A stretch of DNA of 64,000 nt from Zygnema circumcarinatum SAG 698-1b. Taxonomy: Eukaryota > Plantae > Zygnematophyceae. Position 1 is the first letter of the stretch; each line of letters begins with the position of its first letter. Location of the stretch: NCBI GenBank assembly GCA_037447605.1, contig CM074810.1, positions 2,700,880-2,764,879 of the forward strand, in the 5' to 3' direction. The translations under genes and the position numbers were made by a program. Below are positions 59,684-64,000 of this stretch, piece by piece. The notes under the pieces were generated by a model that had not been told where the DNA came from, made no database searches, and saw only the letters and a program-made list of their open reading frames with translations.

Positions 59684-60505
59684 TTAGGGTTCCGTACTGT
59701 ACGGATTAGGGTTCTCTGAATGTATTCAGGTGCTGTATAGAAGTTATGTGGTAAGCCGTCAACTATTGAGACCCTAGAAAACCGAGGAGGCTTAGAAATG
59801 AAGTAGAAAAGTAATGAACTAAAGAATATAGTTACTGAATCGGAGTGGACTCTGTTCTTATTTTTTATCCTTCTCTAATTGGCCATTGCATTACTGGAGG
59901 ACTTTGGATCCATTTGGATTTCGTGAAGAGGGCAGGTCAACACGCAGGACTTTGAATGGTAGTTTCAGGATTTCGAGGTTTCGGGTTTCAGAGTACACAG
60001 AGTGGTGGAACTAACTTGTTCAAGGAAAGTGGATCTGTCATATCAAAGTTGGAATAGAGGGAGAGAGAGAGGTAGAGAGATAGAGGGAGGGGGAGAGAGG
60101 TAGGGGGAGGAGGAGAGAGGGGGATGGGGGAGGGCAGGGAGAGTGAGAGCGGCAGGGAAGGGGAGAGGGGGAGGGAGAGGGTAGAGAGAGGGAGAGTGAG
60201 AGGGAGTGGGAGGGGGAGGGAGTGGGAGACGGTGAGGGAGAGGGAGAGGGCCAAAACGTGACAGGTAGAAAGTTAGGGAGATGAAGACAGGACGCTTGGG
60301 AGAGAGTCGGTGACGATAGGAGAGGAAGAGCGGTGGAGATCAAAGATTTTCGTGTGAAACGTCGAATTTTATTTAAAAATCCCTCATGTAATTATGTACA
60401 GATTATCTTACACTTAATATGGAACAGCCAATTTATGTCCTCCTTTTCTCACCTCACCTTTCTGCGCCCTCCTCTGCCCTCTCTCTCTGCTCTGCTCTCT
60501 ACTCT

Positions 60506-61046
<541 letters not shown>

Positions 61047-61132
61047 CCTCTCTCTCTCCCTCTCTCTCCCTCTATATCTTTCCTGCCTAACAAGTACTTC
61101 TGTTTTTTACATAGAATCTCTGGCACCCAACC

Positions 61133-62395
61133 TCAAGCATCTGTCTGCAGTCCGCTCAGTAGTTTGTCAATGTCTGAAAAGACCTCCGCCTTGGGCCGAG
61201 CCCCATCAACCTGCAAGTTCATGTCATTTTAACTCAAGTTTATATCATTTTTCACAACTCCACAGAAAAAGAAAGCATGAGATTATAACCAATGCTCCCT
61301 AAATATCATAAAGCAAATCTGCAATTGCAGCAGCAGCTATAGAGATGTTTCATAACAAGAACAGATCTGAAATCTTTCTTTCCGCATTCCTATGCAGCAC
61401 GTAGGAATTCTGAATAGTATTCAATGAATCCCCTCCTCTAAGATTGAGAAGAAATCAACACTAGAGCAAAGGCTGTGTGCAAATTTTACCGTTGTGAGAA
61501 TGTCTGTATATGAAGACAACACTGAATCCAGATTTTCCTTATACGTCTTTAATCGCGTCTTCACCTGCATTCGTCCTCCAATAGGCCCCACACAAAACAT
61601 CCTCAAATTGCAAAAAAAAAAAAAAAAAAAAACATGGCAGCAACATAACTCCGTAAAATTGTGTTCAGAACATTAAGCCGACTCCAAAAATCTTGCTCAT
61701 TTTCATTTTTCACAGTATTTTGTGGCAAATAAGAGCATGGTCACCTTCTCCTCGGTATCGTCACTACGTTGAGTTAAGCGCGCAGCGATCTCATCTCTCT
61801 CAGGGGGAGAAAATGTCAAGTGATAGATCTTGCCAGTCGCCGGATCGAGTCGCCGACCAGTCACTCTCTCGACTAAGATTTGGTCAGGAACCTGCACCAA
61901 CAATGTGATGCTTTTCTCACTTCTTTCACAACAGGAGTATTAAACACAGTACAAATATAAGCTCAAGGCAGCAATGCTCAAAGATACAATATGTTAAAAA
62001 AGAAAAAAATGGCTGACTGACTTACTGACTGTCCCCAGAATTTAGTCTACAAATCGAGATACAGAACCCTCTCTCACCTTTCTCAGGCTCATTCTCGCCC
62101 CCTTCCTCCCTCTCTCTATTCATATACTTGCGAAAAGAGGAAGGAAATGTTCGACTCACATCCAAGAGGATGCAATTCTGAGGTTCAATTCCCCCCCCGT
62201 TCCTCCCTTCCTCCTTCCTCTCTCTATACATATACTTGAGGAAGGAAATGTTCAACTTACCTCCAAGAGGATGAATATTTGAGGTTGAATTCCCTCTGCC
62301 TTGAGAGCCGCTGCTTGCTTTGCGGTGCGCGGGTACCCGTCCAGCAGCCACCCCCTCTCGCGGGCATCATCCTCAGCGAGCCTGCTCTTCACAAT
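61133..62395 (-). CDS. ADK: Plastid adenylate kinase (AMK2-like), last four exons; 5' part lies beyond the window
   Basis: Exons 62395-62261, 61891-61745, 61564-61490, 61210-61133. Motifs GWLLDGYPRT, VTGRRLDPATGKIYHL, RLTQRSDDTEEK and VDGARPKAEVFSDI. Confidence 0.93.
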
Positions 62396-62419
62396 CTGAA
62401 GGAAACATACGAATAGATG

Positions 62420-64000
62420 GAGAGAGAGAGAGTGACATAACAAACGGAGCAGAGAGAAGGGCAGAGAGAGGTAATAGAGAGAGGGACATGAAAACGGAGC
62501 AGAGAGAGGTAATAGAGAGAGAGACATAAAAAACGGAGCAGAGAGAAAGGGCAGAGAGAGGTAATAGAGAGAGAGACATAACAAACGGAGCAGAGAGAAG
62601 GGCAGAGAGAGGTAATAGAGAGAGGGACATGAAAACGGAGCAGAGAGAGGTAATAGAGAGAGAGACATAAAAAACGGAGCAGAGAGAAAGGGCAGAGAGA
62701 GGTAATAGAGAGAGAGACATGAAAACGGAGCAGAGAGAGGTAATAGAGAGAGAGACATAACAAACGGAGCAGAGAGAAAGGGCAGAGAGAGGTAATAGAG
62801 AGAGAGACATGAAAACGGAGCAGCAGAGAGAGGTAATAGAGAGAGAGACATAACAAACGGAGCAGAGAGAAAGGGCAGAAAGAGGTAATAGAGAGAGAGA
62901 CATGAAAACGGAGCAGAGAGAGGTAATAGAGAGAGAGACATAAAAACGGAGCAGAGAGAAGGGCAGAGAGAGGTAATAGAGAGAGAGACATAAAAACGGG
63001 GCAGAGAGAAAGGGCAGAGAGAGGTAATAGAGAGAGGGACATGAAAACGGAGCAGAGAGAGGTAATAGAGAGAGAGACATAAAAAACGGAGCAGAGAGAA
63101 AGGGCAGAGAGAGGTAATAGAGAGAGAGACATGAAAACGGAGCAGAGAGAGGTAATAGAGAGAGAGACATAAAAAACGGAGCAGAGAGAAAGGGCAGAGA
63201 GAGGTAATAGAGAGAGAGACATGAAAACGGAGCAGAGAGAGGTAATAGAGAGAGAGACATAACAAACGGAGCAGAGAGAAGGGCAGAGAGAGGTAATAGA
63301 GAGAGGGACATGAAAACGGAGCAGAGAGAGGTAATAGAGAGAGAGACATAAAAAACGGAGCAGAGAGAAAGGGCAGAGAGAGGTAATAGAGAGAGAGACA
63401 TGAAAACGGAGCAGAGAGCAGAGAGAGGTAATAGAGAGAGAGACATGAAAACGGAGCAGAGAGAGGTAATAGAGAGAGAGACATAAAAAACGGAGCAGAG
63501 AGAAAGGGCAGAGAGAGGTAATAGAGAGAGAGACATGAAAACGGAGCAGAGAGAGGTAATAGAGAGAGAGACATAACAAACGGAGCAGAGAGAAAGGGCA
63601 GAAAGAGGTAATAGAGAGAGAGACATGAAAACGGAGCAGAGAGAGGTAATAGAGAGAGAGACATAAAAACGGAGCAGAGAGAAGGGCAGAGAGAGGTAAT
63701 AGAGAGAGGGACATGAAAACGGAGCAGAGAGAGGTAATAGAGAGAGAGACATAAAAAACGGAGCAGAGAGAAAGGGCAGAGAGAGGTAATAGAGAGAGAG
63801 ACATAACAAACGGAGCAGAGAGAAGGGCAGAGAGAGGTAATAGAGAGAGGGACATGAAAACGGAGCAGAGAGAGGTAATAGAGAGAGAGACATAAAAAAC
63901 GGAGCAGAGAGAAAGGGCAGAGAGAGGTAATAGAGAGAGAGACATGAAAACGGAGCAGAGAGAGGTAATAGAGAGAGAGACATGAAAACGGAGCAGAGAG
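62420..64000. repeat. Intronic minisatellite of alternating ~37/50-bp units (GAGAGAGGTAATAGAGAGAGAGACATGAAAACGGAGCA +/- GAGAGAAAGGGCA)
   Basis: Tandem units from near the ADK acceptor to the window end. Confidence 0.95.

Overview
Eukaryotic nuclear DNA from a green plant. The land-plant-type gene families, GT-AG introns packed with (CT)n/(CCCT)n/(GA)n tracts and TTTAGGG-type repeats suggest a streptophyte alga such as a zygnematophyte (inference, not verified). I can support 10 protein-coding loci: two inverted paralogous F-box/kelch genes flanking an unidentified gene, a BASS transporter head-to-head with DGAT3, an MRS2 Mg2+ transporter, PPOX1, an RPRD1/CID-domain gene, a PL4 rhamnogalacturonan lyase head-to-head with a single-ORF U-box + Sel1-repeat gene, and the 3' part of a plastid adenylate kinase. 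Most long ORFs in the supplied track are low-complexity artefacts. Best leads: (i) the U-box/Sel1 E3 ligase architecture; (ii) six perfect MSA (MYB3R) elements in a 62-bp period upstream of MRS2; (iii) a 3.5-kb composite of a palindromic 25-bp minisatellite with variable 3-nt loops around three copies of a conserved core; (iv) intronic arrays that step by single substitutions toward the telomere repeat; (v) a 490-bp Harbinger/Tourist-like MITE with TIRs and TSD; (vi) a repeat-tract frameshift in F-box/kelch gene 2. No tRNA, rRNA or CRISPR could be supported. Exon boundaries were read by eye.
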